Below are positions 53,600-63,288 of a stretch of 64,000 bases of DNA, in pieces. The notes beneath the pieces are model-generated. The model did no database searches. It saw nothing but the letters and a program-made list of their open reading frames with translations, and was not told the DNA's origin. Positions within the stretch are counted from its first letter, which is position 1. Every line of letters begins with the position of its first letter. The translations under genes and the position numbers were made by a program. The DNA comes from an uncultured Pseudomonadota bacterium (GTDB lineage Bacteria > Myxococcota_A > UBA796 > SXON01), in assembly GCA_903885375.1 (NCBI GenBank), contig CAISIK010000054.1:3403-67402 (forward strand). Direction: 5' to 3'.

Positions 53600-55693
53600 A
53601 TGCTCACCGCCCTCCTGCTGCTCGTTTCCACCGCGTTCGCCGACGCGCCTGCCGCGCCGCCCGCCGTCGAAACCGCCCCGGCCGACGACCCCTACGGCTG
53701 GCTGGAGGAGGTCACGGGCGACAACGCCCTGGAGTGGGTGCGCGCCCGCGATGCGGAGAGCACCGCCGCGCTGCAGAAGGGCAACTACAGCCGCCTCCAG
53801 AAGCGGTTCCTCACCATCCTCAACTCGGATGCGCGCATCCCGTACGTGTCGCGCATGGGCGAGCTCTACTACAACTTCTGGACCGACGCGGACCACCCGC
53901 GCGGCATCTGGCGCCGCACCACGCTGGAGGAGTACCGCAAGCCCGCCCCGAAGTGGGAGACGGTCATCGACGTGGATGCGCTCGGCAAGGCGGAGGGCGT
54001 GCCCTGGGTGTGGCACGGCGCCAACTGCCTCGAACCCGCCTGGAAGCGCTGCCTCATCGCGCTGAGCCGCGGCGGCTCCGACGCCGACGTGAAGCGTGAG
54101 TTCGACCTGCCCAGCGCCACGTGGGTCAAGGACGGCTTCTCGCTCCCCGAGGCCAAGAGCGAGGTGAGCTGGATCAGCGAGAACCGCGTGTGGGTGATGA
54201 CCGACACCGGCGAGGGCAGCCTCACCACCTCGGGCTACCCGCGGCAGGCCCGCGCGTGGGACCGCGGCACCCCGCTGCAGAGCGCCCCCGTCTTCTTCTC
54301 CGGCGATGCCACCGACGTGTCGGCCGGCGCCGGCACGAGCCACGACCCCGGCTACGAGCGGCACTTCCTGTACCAGACGCCCACGTTCTTCACCGAGCGC
54401 ACCTACGTGTCCTGGAAGGGCCTCTTCGAGCGCATCCAGGTGCCGGAAGATGCCTCCCCCACCGTGTGGCGCGAGTGGATGTTCGTGAAGCTCCGCACCG
54501 CCTGGACCACGGGCGGCAAGACCTGGCCCTCCGGCTCGCTCGTGGCCACGAAGTTCGACGACTTCATGGAGGGCGGCCGCAACTTCGTGCCGGTCTTCAC
54601 GCCAACCGCCACCACCGCCCTGCAGGGCTTCGTGCTGACGCCCTCCGGCATCACGCTGAGCGTCATGGACAACGTGCGCAGCGTGGTGCTCGTGGCCCGC
54701 CCCTCCGCCGAGGGCTGGACCTCCGCGCCGATGCCGGGCCTCCCCGCCTTCGGCAGCATCAGCGTGAGCGCGGTGGATGGGCAGACGAGCGACGATCTCT
54801 GGATCACCGTCACCGACTTCCTCACGCCCACCCAGCTCATGCTCGGCTCGGCCAACGGCGGCGCGCCCACCGTGCTGAAGACCACGCCCCCCGACTTCAA
54901 CGCCAAGGGCCTCGAGATCACGCAGCACTTCGCCACCTCCAAGGATGGCACGAAGATTCCCTACTTCCAGGTGTCGAAGAAGGGCCTGAAGCTCGATGGC
55001 AAGAACCCCACGCTGCTCTACGGCTACGGCGGCTTCGAAGTCTCCATGCTCCCGCGCTACAACGGCCTCACCGGCGCGGGCTGGCTCGAGAACGGCGGCG
55101 TGTACGTGCTCGCCAACATCCGCGGCGGCGGCGAGTTCGGCCCCGACTGGCACCAGAGCGTGCGGAAGGCGAACCGGCCGCGCGTGTACGAGGACTTCGC
55201 CGCGGTGGCGCAGGACCTGGCGGCCCGCAAGGTGGCCTCGGCCGAGCACCTCGGCGCCATGGGCGGCAGCAACGGCGGCCTGCTCATGGGCAACATGATG
55301 ACGCAATACCCCGAGCTCTTCGGCGCCATCGTGTGTCAGGTGCCGCTCCTCGACATGAAGCGCTACTCGCACCTGCTCGCGGGCGCCTCCTGGATGGACG
55401 AGTACGGCAACCCCGACATCCCCGAGGAGTGGGCCTACCTCCAGACCTTCTCCCCCTACCAGCTGGAGCGGGCCGACCGCCCCTCCCCGCCGGTGCTCTT
55501 CACCACCAGCACCCGCGACGATCGGGTGCACCCCGGCCACGCCCGCAAGATGGTGGCCCGCATGCTGGAGCACGGCAAGCCCGTGATGCTCTACGAGGAC
55601 ATGGAAGGTGGGCACGGCGGCGCGAGCACGCCCGAGCAGCGCGCGCGGCTCTCGGCGCTGGCCTGGACCTTCCTTTGGAACGAGCTGAAGTAG
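53600..55693 (+). CDS. Prolyl oligopeptidase (S9A family serine peptidase)
   Basis: N-terminal 'DPYGWLEEV', a beta-propeller, then 'LLYGYGGFEVS', the catalytic Ser in 'GGSNGGLLMG', and 'TSTRDDRVHPGHARKM'. Confidence 0.9.
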   Translation: MLTALLLLVSTAFADAPAAPPAVETAPADDPYGWLEEVTGDNALEWVRARDAESTAALQKGNYSRLQKRFLTILNSDARIPYVSRMGELYYNFWTDADHPRGIWRRTTLEEYRKPAPKWETVIDVDALGKAEGVPWVWHGANCLEPAWKRCLIALSRGGSDADVKREFDLPSATWVKDGFSLPEAKSEVSWISENRVWVMTDTGEGSLTTSGYPRQARAWDRGTPLQSAPVFFSGDATDVSAGAGTSHDPGYERHFLYQTPTFFTERTYVSWKGLFERIQVPEDASPTVWREWMFVKLRTAWTTGGKTWPSGSLVATKFDDFMEGGRNFVPVFTPTATTALQGFVLTPSGITLSVMDNVRSVVLVARPSAEGWTSAPMPGLPAFGSISVSAVDGQTSDDLWITVTDFLTPTQLMLGSANGGAPTVLKTTPPDFNAKGLEITQHFATSKDGTKIPYFQVSKKGLKLDGKNPTLLYGYGGFEVSMLPRYNGLTGAGWLENGGVYVLANIRGGGEFGPDWHQSVRKANRPRVYEDFAAVAQDLAARKVASAEHLGAMGGSNGGLLMGNMMTQYPELFGAIVCQVPLLDMKRYSHLLAGASWMDEYGNPDIPEEWAYLQTFSPYQLERADRPSPPVLFTTSTRDDRVHPGHARKMVARMLEHGKPVMLYEDMEGGHGGASTPEQRARLSALAWTFLWNELK

Positions 55694-55808
55694 GCCGAAC
55701 GGCCGGCGCGCCGCGACCGGCCGCTGGGGTTGCCAGGGCACGCGCGCGCCGGGCGCGATCGTGGCGGGTTCCGCCTGGTGGCGGCGGACCGCCGACCCCG
55801 GCAGCAGG

Positions 55809-55955
55809 CGCGTAGCTCGACCTTCTCCGGCCAGAACCCCGAGCTACGCGTCGTGGCGGCGCTTGGCTCGACCTTCGACGGCCACAACCCCGAGCTACGC
55901 GTCGTGGCGGCGCTTGGCTCGACCTTCGACGGCCACAACCCCGAGCTACGCGTCG
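55809..55955. repeat. 51-bp tandem repeat (about 2.8 copies) with hairpin potential; REP/BIME-like
   Basis: The unit 'gctcgaccttc(tc/ga)cggcca(g/c)aaccccgagctacgcgtcgtggcggcgcttg' starts at 55815, 55866 and 55917. There is an exact 11-bp inverted repeat, cgcgtagctcg (55809-55819) with cgagctacgcg (55840-55850). Confidence 0.8.
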
Positions 55956-56049
55956 GGGTGGCGCGCGGCGGGCGCGCGGCCACAGGAGGCACTCACAAAA
56001 CTCGCGGGAACGCTTGCCACCTCGCGCCGGGTGCCTACCCTGCGCCGCC

Positions 56050-57054
56050 ATGGAATTCGTGCACCTCACCTGGGCCACTCGCGGCCGACAAACTGCCTTC
56101 CCCACGGAGTAGGCACGGCGCGCGGCGCTGCACGCGATCGGGGCTGCGGCGGCCGGCCTGGTGGTGTGCTTCGCTTTGGTAGACGATCATGTTCACCTCG
56201 TCCTGCGGCTGCCGGTCGGGCGGCTGGCGAGGGTGCAGGGAGCGCTCACGCGCGTGCTGAACGCGCGCTCGGCGGCACCGTTCGGGCCCGCGTACGTGAG
56301 GCAGGTTGCGTCCCGGCAGCACCTCGTCACGCTGGTCGGGTATTGCCTCGGCCAGTTCGCCCACCACGGACTTGCGGACGACCCCGCGGTCACCACGGGC
56401 TCCTTCTTTCCCAACCTGATCGGCGCACGCCGCGTGCCGGGGCTGTCCCTCCTGCTTGCGGCCGCTCTGCCCCGCTTCCGCGCCCGGGAGGCCTACGCCG
56501 CCGTAGCCCGCCTCCACGAATTGCAGCCGGCGTCCGACGCGGAGCTGCGTGCGCTCGGTCCAATCCGCCTGGTCGACCTCGTCGCCCAGACCTTCGCCAC
56601 GGGTCCCGCGCTCCGGGGCCAGAGGCCGGGCAAGCTCGCAACGCGCCAGGTCGCGGCTCGGCTCGCCGCCGAGGTGGGGCTGCGCCCGCGCGACCTCGCG
56701 GAGGCCCTCGGCGTTTCGGTCAGCGCCGCCAACCGCCTCGCCGCGGCTCCGCTCCCCGAAGCCGACGCACGCGCCGAGCGCCTGCGGGTGTCGCTCGCGG
56801 CGGCGGCGGCCAACAGGGGCGCACCGGGCCGGGCGGCGCCGGGACGCCCGGCCACCAGCGCTCCCACGCTTGCGCCCGTGGCCCCTGACCGGAGGCCGAA
56901 AGTGGCTCCGATGGAGGTCGCAGTTTCCCCCGCGTCGCCCGCCGCAGCGGCGCCGCGGCGCGCCGCTTGCCGCGCCCGAAGCACGGAAGGTCGCGGCGCG
57001 CCGCCCCGCGCACGCTCGCGCCGGGGCATGAGCGGCGCTGGCCACCGAAGGTGA
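56050..57054 (+). pseudogene. HUH Y1 transposase-like gene (IS200/RAYT family) with a C-terminal HTH, interrupted by an in-frame TAG at 56110-56112
   Basis: 'MEFVHLTWATRGRQTAFPTE*ARRAALHAIGAAAAGLVVCFALVDDHVHLVLR' reads in a single frame. It has the HUH motif 'HVH' and a Tyr-helix-like 'LVGYCLGQFAHHGLADDP'. 'LRPRDLAEALGVSVSAANRL' is HTH-like. Confidence 0.55.
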
Positions 57055-57084
57055 GCAGCCGGGCTCACGCGCGAGCCGAGCCGG

Positions 57085-59472
57085 CTACCCCCGCAGCGTG
57101 GCCGCGGCCTCCCGCAGGATGCCCAGCGCCTCCTCCACGTGCCGGGCCCCGAAGACGAGCGCCGGCCTGAACCGCAGGCTGCGCGAGCCGGCTCGACCGA
57201 TCTCGAGACCCCGAACGAGGGCCGCCTGCACGAGGCCGGCGCACACCTCGCCGCTCGCGCCGTCGATGGCGGCGAAGGTGCCGTTGGCGCGGGCCTGGGA
57301 GAACAGGTCGGGGAAGTCCGCGGCGAGGCCCTCGAGGCCCCCGCGGAGCAGCTCCCCGGTGGCGGCCGTGTACTCCAGGAGGCGGTCGCGCTCGATGACC
57401 TCGAGGATCACCTCGGCCTGCGCGCCACGCAGCGGGTCGCCGAGCCAGGTGTTGAAGATGCGCAGGGGCTCGTCGGGCAGGAATTCCGGGCGGCAGTAGA
57501 AGCCCCCCAGCTGCATCTTCTTGCTGAACGTAACGAGGTCGGGGGCGCCATCCGGGCCCCAGGCCTCGTGCGCCCACATGCGCCCCGTGCCGCCCACGCC
57601 CGTCTGCACCTCGTCGGCCACGAAGGCCACCCCGTAGCGGGTGCAGAGCGCGCGCAGACCGCGGAAGAACGCGGGGCTCGCGTGGTTGTCGCCCCCCTCG
57701 CCCTGGATGGGCTCCACGATGAGCGCCGCCACCTGATCGGGAAGCGACCGGAACGTGGCCTCGACGGCCGCCAGCGAGCGGGCCTCGGCGGCGGCGTTCT
57801 CCTCGGCGTGCTCCGCGAGCGGGAAGCGGTTGACGGGGAACTCGACCACGGGCCAGTCGAACGCGGGGAAGTCGACCTTGTGGATGGGGCGGCTCCGTGT
57901 GGCCGAGAGCGCGCCGAGGCTGCGGCCGTGGAAGCCGCCGGTGAAGGAGAGCACCTTCATCCGGTTGGCGCTGGCCTGGGCGTTCAGCATGCACGCTTCG
58001 AGCTCCGCCTCGGTGGCCGGCTTGCCGCCCCGGCGCCGGCTCGCGTGCCACACGAACGCTGCCTTCAGCGCATTCTCCACGGCCTCCGCGCCCGTGGTCA
58101 CCGTGAATACGTGCGACATGCCCGCCGGCGCCACGCGCATCAGCGACTCGGACACGCCCACCCACTCGGGCGGCACCGCCACGCCGAGAGAGGGCCGCCA
58201 GCCCGCGCACCAGTCGAAGCGGCCGGCCTTCCAGGCGTGCAGCAGGTCGGGGTGGTTGTAGCCGAGCGGCAGCGCGGCGATGTGACCGTACACGTCGAGG
58301 AGCGTGTTGCCATCGACGTCCACGATGTAGTTACCGGCGCTCCGCTGGGCGTCCTGGTAGAAGTGCACCGTGCGCGCATCCTGGATGGCGCCGTGCCGGG
58401 CGCGGAGCGCGGCGGAGCGCGGGCCGGGAATGGCGGTGAGCACGCGCGCGGCGGGCGGCTCGGCGGCGAGGGTCACGGACTTCACGGCACGTTCCATGGT
58501 GGCTCCGATGGCGAGGATGGCGGCTTCGGCCTCCCCGGGCGGGACTTGGCTGGTGTGGTAGCGGGTGGGGTACAGCGGCTGCATGTTCGCGCGCAGGAGC
58601 GGCACGAGCCGGCCGGCCTGCGCGCCGCGCTGCGGCAGGTCGAGGAGCGGCACCTCGCGCCCCCACGCGGCGAGCCCGCCGAGCGCGTGGGCGGTGGCCT
58701 CGGCGATGTCGGACTCCCGCACCGCGCGACTGTGGATGCGCGCGAGGTGGTGGATGATGCTGGCGGCGAGCTCCGGTGAGAGGCCGCGGCAGGCCCGGTC
58801 GTCGAGCCGGCGGACCATGAGCAGCATCGGCACGTGGTGGGCGGGCACGCCCAGCAGCTCCAGATCGCGGAAGTCGGGCTGGTAGTAGGGCATGGCGGCC
58901 GGCTGGAGCGCCCGGAAGCCCGCTTTCGCATAGGCGAAGAGGCGCACCACGCTGTCGTGCACCTCGGGCTCCACCGGCTCCATCTCCGCCACGAGGAGGG
59001 TGGGCGTGCGGTGCGGGTCGAGGCCGCGCTCGCGGAGGTCGTTGCGCGCGAGGGTGGCGGGAGCCGTACGCAAGAGCGCCGCGAGCCCCGCGCGGCGGTA
59101 GGCATCGGCCACGTAGCTGTGGCTCAGCAGCACCACGCATCGGCCGGCCTCCACGTCGGTGGCCACGAACCCATCGCGCACCGCGGCGATGTTCCCCGCC
59201 TCGTCCTTCCAAGTGACGAGGTGGTAGCGGCAGCGGATCGGCCCCTCCTCGATGGGCTCGCGCAGCCAGCGCTCCAGCGCCGGCCGCAGCTCGATCTCGT
59301 TGCGGGGGCCGAAGTAGTCGTCGAGCACGCGCCACGCGGCCTCGAACTCGGGCGAGGCGGGGTCGACCACCTCCTCGGCCGGAAACCGCGCCAGCGTTTC
59401 CCGGAAGCGCACCACGCCCTCGCCGGGGTGCAGGTCGGCGGGATCGATGTGGAGCGGGCGGGTGCTGTTCAT
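57085..59472 (-). CDS. Fusion protein: N-terminal uncharacterised GNAT-like domain (about 310 aa) plus a C-terminal class-III (eukaryotic-type GABA) aminotransferase
   Basis: The N-terminal domain is homologous to 45804..46931. The C-terminal part, 'LPLGYNHPDLLHAW...RPSLGVAVPPEWV...APAGMSHVFTVTTGAEAVENALKAAF...DEVQTGVGGTGRMWAHE', resembles 4-aminobutyrate aminotransferase. Confidence 0.8.
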   Translation of the reverse strand: MNSTRPLHIDPADLHPGEGVVRFRETLARFPAEEVVDPASPEFEAAWRVLDDYFGPRNEIELRPALERWLREPIEEGPIRCRYHLVTWKDEAGNIAAVRDGFVATDVEAGRCVVLLSHSYVADAYRRAGLAALLRTAPATLARNDLRERGLDPHRTPTLLVAEMEPVEPEVHDSVVRLFAYAKAGFRALQPAAMPYYQPDFRDLELLGVPAHHVPMLLMVRRLDDRACRGLSPELAASIIHHLARIHSRAVRESDIAEATAHALGGLAAWGREVPLLDLPQRGAQAGRLVPLLRANMQPLYPTRYHTSQVPPGEAEAAILAIGATMERAVKSVTLAAEPPAARVLTAIPGPRSAALRARHGAIQDARTVHFYQDAQRSAGNYIVDVDGNTLLDVYGHIAALPLGYNHPDLLHAWKAGRFDWCAGWRPSLGVAVPPEWVGVSESLMRVAPAGMSHVFTVTTGAEAVENALKAAFVWHASRRRGGKPATEAELEACMLNAQASANRMKVLSFTGGFHGRSLGALSATRSRPIHKVDFPAFDWPVVEFPVNRFPLAEHAEENAAAEARSLAAVEATFRSLPDQVAALIVEPIQGEGGDNHASPAFFRGLRALCTRYGVAFVADEVQTGVGGTGRMWAHEAWGPDGAPDLVTFSKKMQLGGFYCRPEFLPDEPLRIFNTWLGDPLRGAQAEVILEVIERDRLLEYTAATGELLRGGLEGLAADFPDLFSQARANGTFAAIDGASGEVCAGLVQAALVRGLEIGRAGSRSLRFRPALVFGARHVEEALGILREAAATLRG

Positions 59473-59597
59473 CGTGGGCGAGCGTATTCCGATCAGCGCC
59501 GCGAATCGCTGCGTCGGCGCCCACCCCGAAGCGGGGCAAACGCGATTCGCCCACCCGTCGCTCCTCCCCTCGGCGCCCCAGAACGCGGTACTCTCCC

Positions 59598-60590
59598 GTG
59601 CAGGAGTGCCCCATGCTGATCCTGCTTGCCGCCGTGTCGTTCGCCGAAGAAGTCGAAGAAGTGGAAGCGCCCGGGGAGGACGACATGTTCTGGGTCGGCG
59701 GCGGCGTGGCCATCCGGCCGGGCTTCGCGGCCGACACCTTCAGCCTCGGCGGCGAGCTCGAGGCGGACCTCCTCGTGCAGAAGGGCATGTTCGGCGCCCG
59801 GCTCGACCTCGACTTCCAGGGCACGGTGCTCCCCGATCTCGCGATCACCGAAGCCGCGCCCAATGTGGTGCCCATCAACATGGTGCGGCCCGAGTGGGCC
59901 ATGCTGGAAGCCACCGGCGAGTCGTGGGCGGCCCGCGGCGGCATCGTGAACGCCGGCTTCGGCCTCGAGGACTGGGACGATCGGGCGTTGTACCTGCCCA
60001 CCCACGGCGAGTATTACGCCCTCTCGCCGGGGCGCATGGCCGGCTCCGAGTTCGGCTGGACCTTCGGCGACGACGGTCCCACCGTCACCATCGGCGGCGG
60101 CCTCGACCTCGACTGGGAGGCGCCCATCGTGGAGGCGAACGTGAACGTGGAGGGCGACGTCGCCGCCACCTGGTCGGGCGTGGCCGTGTACCCGGCCGAC
60201 GGGATGTACTCCGCCGTGCTGGGCGCGGAGCTCTACCCGGCCGAGTTCCTCACCCTCGCGCTCGGCGGCATGACCGGGGTGGTGGGAGAGAACGGGTACG
60301 GCACCCTCTCGCTCTACGGGGTGTTCCTGCCCGAAGCCATCGTGAACCCCACGGTGCGCGTGGAGGGAGCCTTCGATCCGGGCGGCGCCTTCGTGTTCGA
60401 GGCGGGCGACGAGCCCCTCTCCCCCTGGGCCGTGAGCGCGGGCGGCGCCATCGTCCCCACCGACTACATGAAGTTCCTGGTGGAGGCCAAGGTCATGGGC
60501 ACCGCCGACGAACCCGCCGGCGGGGTGTACGCATCCTTCTGCTTCTTCACGCCCGACCCGGCCGACGACGACGACGCGGAAGGCGAGTAG
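59598..60590 (+). CDS. Hypothetical secreted protein (possible outer-membrane beta-barrel)
   Basis: Signal 'MLILLAAVSFA' (possible start at 59613), Gly/aromatic-rich alternating pattern, acidic C-terminus. Confidence 0.4.
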   Translation: MQECPMLILLAAVSFAEEVEEVEAPGEDDMFWVGGGVAIRPGFAADTFSLGGELEADLLVQKGMFGARLDLDFQGTVLPDLAITEAAPNVVPINMVRPEWAMLEATGESWAARGGIVNAGFGLEDWDDRALYLPTHGEYYALSPGRMAGSEFGWTFGDDGPTVTIGGGLDLDWEAPIVEANVNVEGDVAATWSGVAVYPADGMYSAVLGAELYPAEFLTLALGGMTGVVGENGYGTLSLYGVFLPEAIVNPTVRVEGAFDPGGAFVFEAGDEPLSPWAVSAGGAIVPTDYMKFLVEAKVMGTADEPAGGVYASFCFFTPDPADDDDAEGE

Positions 60591-61999
60591 TGCGGCAGCT
60601 CCTGCTCGCGGGGCGTCCGAGCGAGGGCGCCACCACCGTCCCGATCTTCGCGCCCTGGGATGCCCGGCCGCTCGCCGACGTGGCCCAGGCCGGCCCCGTC
60701 GAGATGGAGGCGGCCGCGGCCGCGGCCACGCGCGCCTTTGCGCACACACGCGCCCTGCCCGCCCACCGCCGCGCCGAGATCCTCCGCGGCGTTGCCGCAC
60801 TGCTGCTCCGCCACGCCGAGGAGTTCGCCGGCCTGATCCGCGATGAAGGCGGAAAGCCCATCCAGTTCGCGCGCGGCGAGGTGGGCCGCGCCGCCGACAC
60901 CTTCACGCTCGCGGCCGACGAGTGCGGCCGCTCCACCGGCGAGACCTTCGGGCTCGACACCTCGGCCGGCGGTGTGGGCCGCACCGCGATCCTGCGGCGT
61001 TTTCCGCGCGGCCCCGTGCTCGCCATCGCGCCGTTCAACTTCCCGTTGAACCTCGTGGCCCACAAGGTCGCCCCGGCCATCGCCGCCGGCTGCCCCGTGG
61101 TAGTCAAGCCCGCCGAACAGACGCCCTCCGCCGCCATCCGCCTCGGCGAGCTGTGCGTGGAGGCGGGCTGGCCCGCCGAGGCGATCAGCGTGCTCCCGGT
61201 CGATCGCAGCGTGGTGGCCGCGCTCGTCGACGACCCCCGCTTCCCCGTGATCAGCTTCACGGGCAGCGATGCCGTGGGGTGGGGCCTCCGCGCGCGCCTC
61301 CCGCGCAAGCAGGTGCTCCTGGAGCTGGGCGGCAACGCCTCCGCCATCGTGCACCACGACGCCGACCTGGCCACCGCGCTGCCCCGCGTGGCGCTCGGCG
61401 CCTACGCGCACGCCGGCCAGGTCTGCATCTCCGTGCAGCACGTGCTCGTGCACGCCTCCCGCTACGAAGAAGCGCACGAGCGGCTCGTGGCGGCAGCAGC
61501 GGCCACGCGCGCCGGCGATCCTTCGCTGGCCGACACGGTGTGCGGCCCGATGATCGATGCGCGACAGGCCGACCGCGTGACGGCCTGGGTGGCGGAAGCG
61601 GCCGGGCGCGGGGCCCGCGTATTTGGCGGGGGCCGCGAGGGCAACGTGGTGTCGCCGTGCGTGCTGGAGCAGGTGCCGGGCGATGCGCGAGTGGCGCGCG
61701 ACGAGGCGTTCGGCCCGGTCCTCGTGGCGCAGCCCTACAGCACGATGGCCGAGGCCATCGCGCGCGTGAACGATGGCCGCTTCGGCCTGCAGTGCGGCGT
61801 CTTCACCCGCGACATCGGCGCCCTCTGGGCGGCCTTCGAGGGCCTCGAGGTCGGCGGCGTGATCCACGACGACTACCCCACCTTCCGGGTGGACGGCATG
61901 CCCTACGGGGGCGTGCGCGACTCGGGTGTGGGTCGCGAGGGGCCGCGCTGGGCCATCCACGACTTCACGGAAGAGCGCCTCCTCGTGCTCCGGCCCTGA
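60590..61999 (+). CDS. NAD(P)-dependent aldehyde dehydrogenase (succinate-semialdehyde/GAPN-like)
   Basis: GTG at 60590, overlapping the TAG of the upstream ORF by 1 nt. 'FNFPLNLVAHKVAPAIAAGCPVVVKP', the catalytic Glu in 'LELGGNA' and the catalytic Cys in 'HAGQVCISVQ'. Confidence 0.88.
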   Translation: MRQLLLAGRPSEGATTVPIFAPWDARPLADVAQAGPVEMEAAAAAATRAFAHTRALPAHRRAEILRGVAALLLRHAEEFAGLIRDEGGKPIQFARGEVGRAADTFTLAADECGRSTGETFGLDTSAGGVGRTAILRRFPRGPVLAIAPFNFPLNLVAHKVAPAIAAGCPVVVKPAEQTPSAAIRLGELCVEAGWPAEAISVLPVDRSVVAALVDDPRFPVISFTGSDAVGWGLRARLPRKQVLLELGGNASAIVHHDADLATALPRVALGAYAHAGQVCISVQHVLVHASRYEEAHERLVAAAAATRAGDPSLADTVCGPMIDARQADRVTAWVAEAAGRGARVFGGGREGNVVSPCVLEQVPGDARVARDEAFGPVLVAQPYSTMAEAIARVNDGRFGLQCGVFTRDIGALWAAFEGLEVGGVIHDDYPTFRVDGMPYGGVRDSGVGREGPRWAIHDFTEERLLVLRP

Positions 62000-62002
62000 T
62001 CC

Positions 62003-62881
62003 TCAGAGCGCCACGCCCTCTCGCACGGGCCGGGTGTAGAGCACCTCGGCCTCCTGGCAGGCCGCCACGAAGCCATCGCTCCAGGTGTCGGGAAGGCGCG
62101 GCACGAGCTCCACGTAGAGGTCGCCCGTGGTGCCCTTGCGCTCCACGCCCTTGCCGCGGAGGCGGAGGCGCGCGCCGGGGGCGGCGCGGGCGGGAATCTT
62201 CAGGGTGACGGGGCCGCTGGGCGTGGGCACCTCCACGGCGGCGCCTGCCGCGAGCTCCCCGAGCGTGACGGGGAGCTTCAACACGAGGTCGAGGCCCTCA
62301 CGCTGGAAGTGGGGGTGCGGCCGCACGTGGATGCTGATGCGGAGCGGGCCACTGGCGGTGGTGACCTTCAGGACGTTCCCCTCGTCGGCGCCGGGCGGAA
62401 TCCGCACCCGCTGGCCATCCACCATGACCTCCACGCCGGCGAGGGCCTGCGCGAGCTCCAGGTGCACCGAGGCCTCCCGCACGGGTGGTGCGCGCCGGCG
62501 CCCGCCGCCGCCGCCGAACAGGTCGCGCAGGTCGAACTCCACGCCATCGCCGCCGAAGCCCCCGAAACCCCCGAAACCGCCCGGCCCCCGCCCGCCGCCG
62601 AAGCCGGCGCCCGCCTGCTGGTAGGCGCGCGCGCGCGCCGGGTCGAAGCCGGAATGCAGCGAGTCGGCGCCGAACTCGTCGTAGTTCTTGCGCTTGTCGG
62701 CGTCGGAGAGCACGTCGTACGCGGCGCTCACTTCCTTGAAGCGCGCCTCGGCCGCCTTGTCGTCCGGGTTCTTGTCGGGGTGGAACTTCGCCGCGAGCGC
62801 GCGGAACGCCTTCTTGATCTCTGCCGCCGTTGCCGTTGGGGCAACGCCGAGCGTGGTGTAGAGCTGGGTGTGGGTGGGCAT
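62003..62881 (-). CDS. cbpA: DnaJ-class co-chaperone lacking the zinc finger (CbpA-like)
   Basis: J-domain 'LYTTLGVAPTATAAEIKKAFRALAAKFHPDKNPDD', a Gly-rich linker and a DnaJ C-terminal domain. Confidence 0.78.
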   Translation of the reverse strand: MPTHTQLYTTLGVAPTATAAEIKKAFRALAAKFHPDKNPDDKAAEARFKEVSAAYDVLSDADKRKNYDEFGADSLHSGFDPARARAYQQAGAGFGGGRGPGGFGGFGGFGGDGVEFDLRDLFGGGGGRRRAPPVREASVHLELAQALAGVEVMVDGQRVRIPPGADEGNVLKVTTASGPLRISIHVRPHPHFQREGLDLVLKLPVTLGELAAGAAVEVPTPSGPVTLKIPARAAPGARLRLRGKGVERKGTTGDLYVELVPRLPDTWSDGFVAACQEAEVLYTRPVREGVAL

Positions 62882-62979
62882 GACCCCAACGTTTACACCT
62901 CAACCGCGAATGCAACAAGCGGCCGCCGGGCGCGAGCCGCCTCCCTCACCGGGAAGCGGCTGGAGCGCACCCGCCCCAG

Positions 62980-63276
62980 CTACATCTCGTGGCTCTGCGC
63001 GCGCCGCTCGTGCTGCCGGCGGGCGCTGTGCTCGATGGTGTGCACCACGCCGTCGATGCTGCTGTACATGTCGTCGGTTTCGCTCGCCGCGCGGAGCAGC
63101 TCACCGCCGCTGCGGAGGGTCACCTCGGCGCGGTGACGGTGCTTGTCCACGATGATGGTGAGGTGGGCGTGCGCCGGCTCGCGCACGTGCTTGGCCACCT
63201 TGATGAACCGCTTCAGGGCCCAGGCCTTGATGGCCTCCGTGCTCTCGACATTGCGGAAAGTGAAATCCAGCTCCAC
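62980..63276 (-). CDS. hpf: Ribosome hibernation promoting factor / sigma-54 modulation protein
   Basis: 98 aa beginning 'MELDFTFRNVESTEAIKAWA...', located immediately downstream of rpoN. Confidence 0.85.
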   Translation of the reverse strand: MELDFTFRNVESTEAIKAWALKRFIKVAKHVREPAHAHLTIIVDKHRHRAEVTLRSGGELLRAASETDDMYSSIDGVVHTIEHSARRQHERRAQSHEM

Positions 63277-63288
63277 GGTTGCCTCCGT

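Noticed and set aside
55809-55955. Possible CRISPR array, because of regularly spaced repeats with a palindromic core.
   Set aside because: The 'spacers' are identical between units, so this is a plain 51-bp tandem repeat. There are fewer than 3 full copies and no cas genes in the window.
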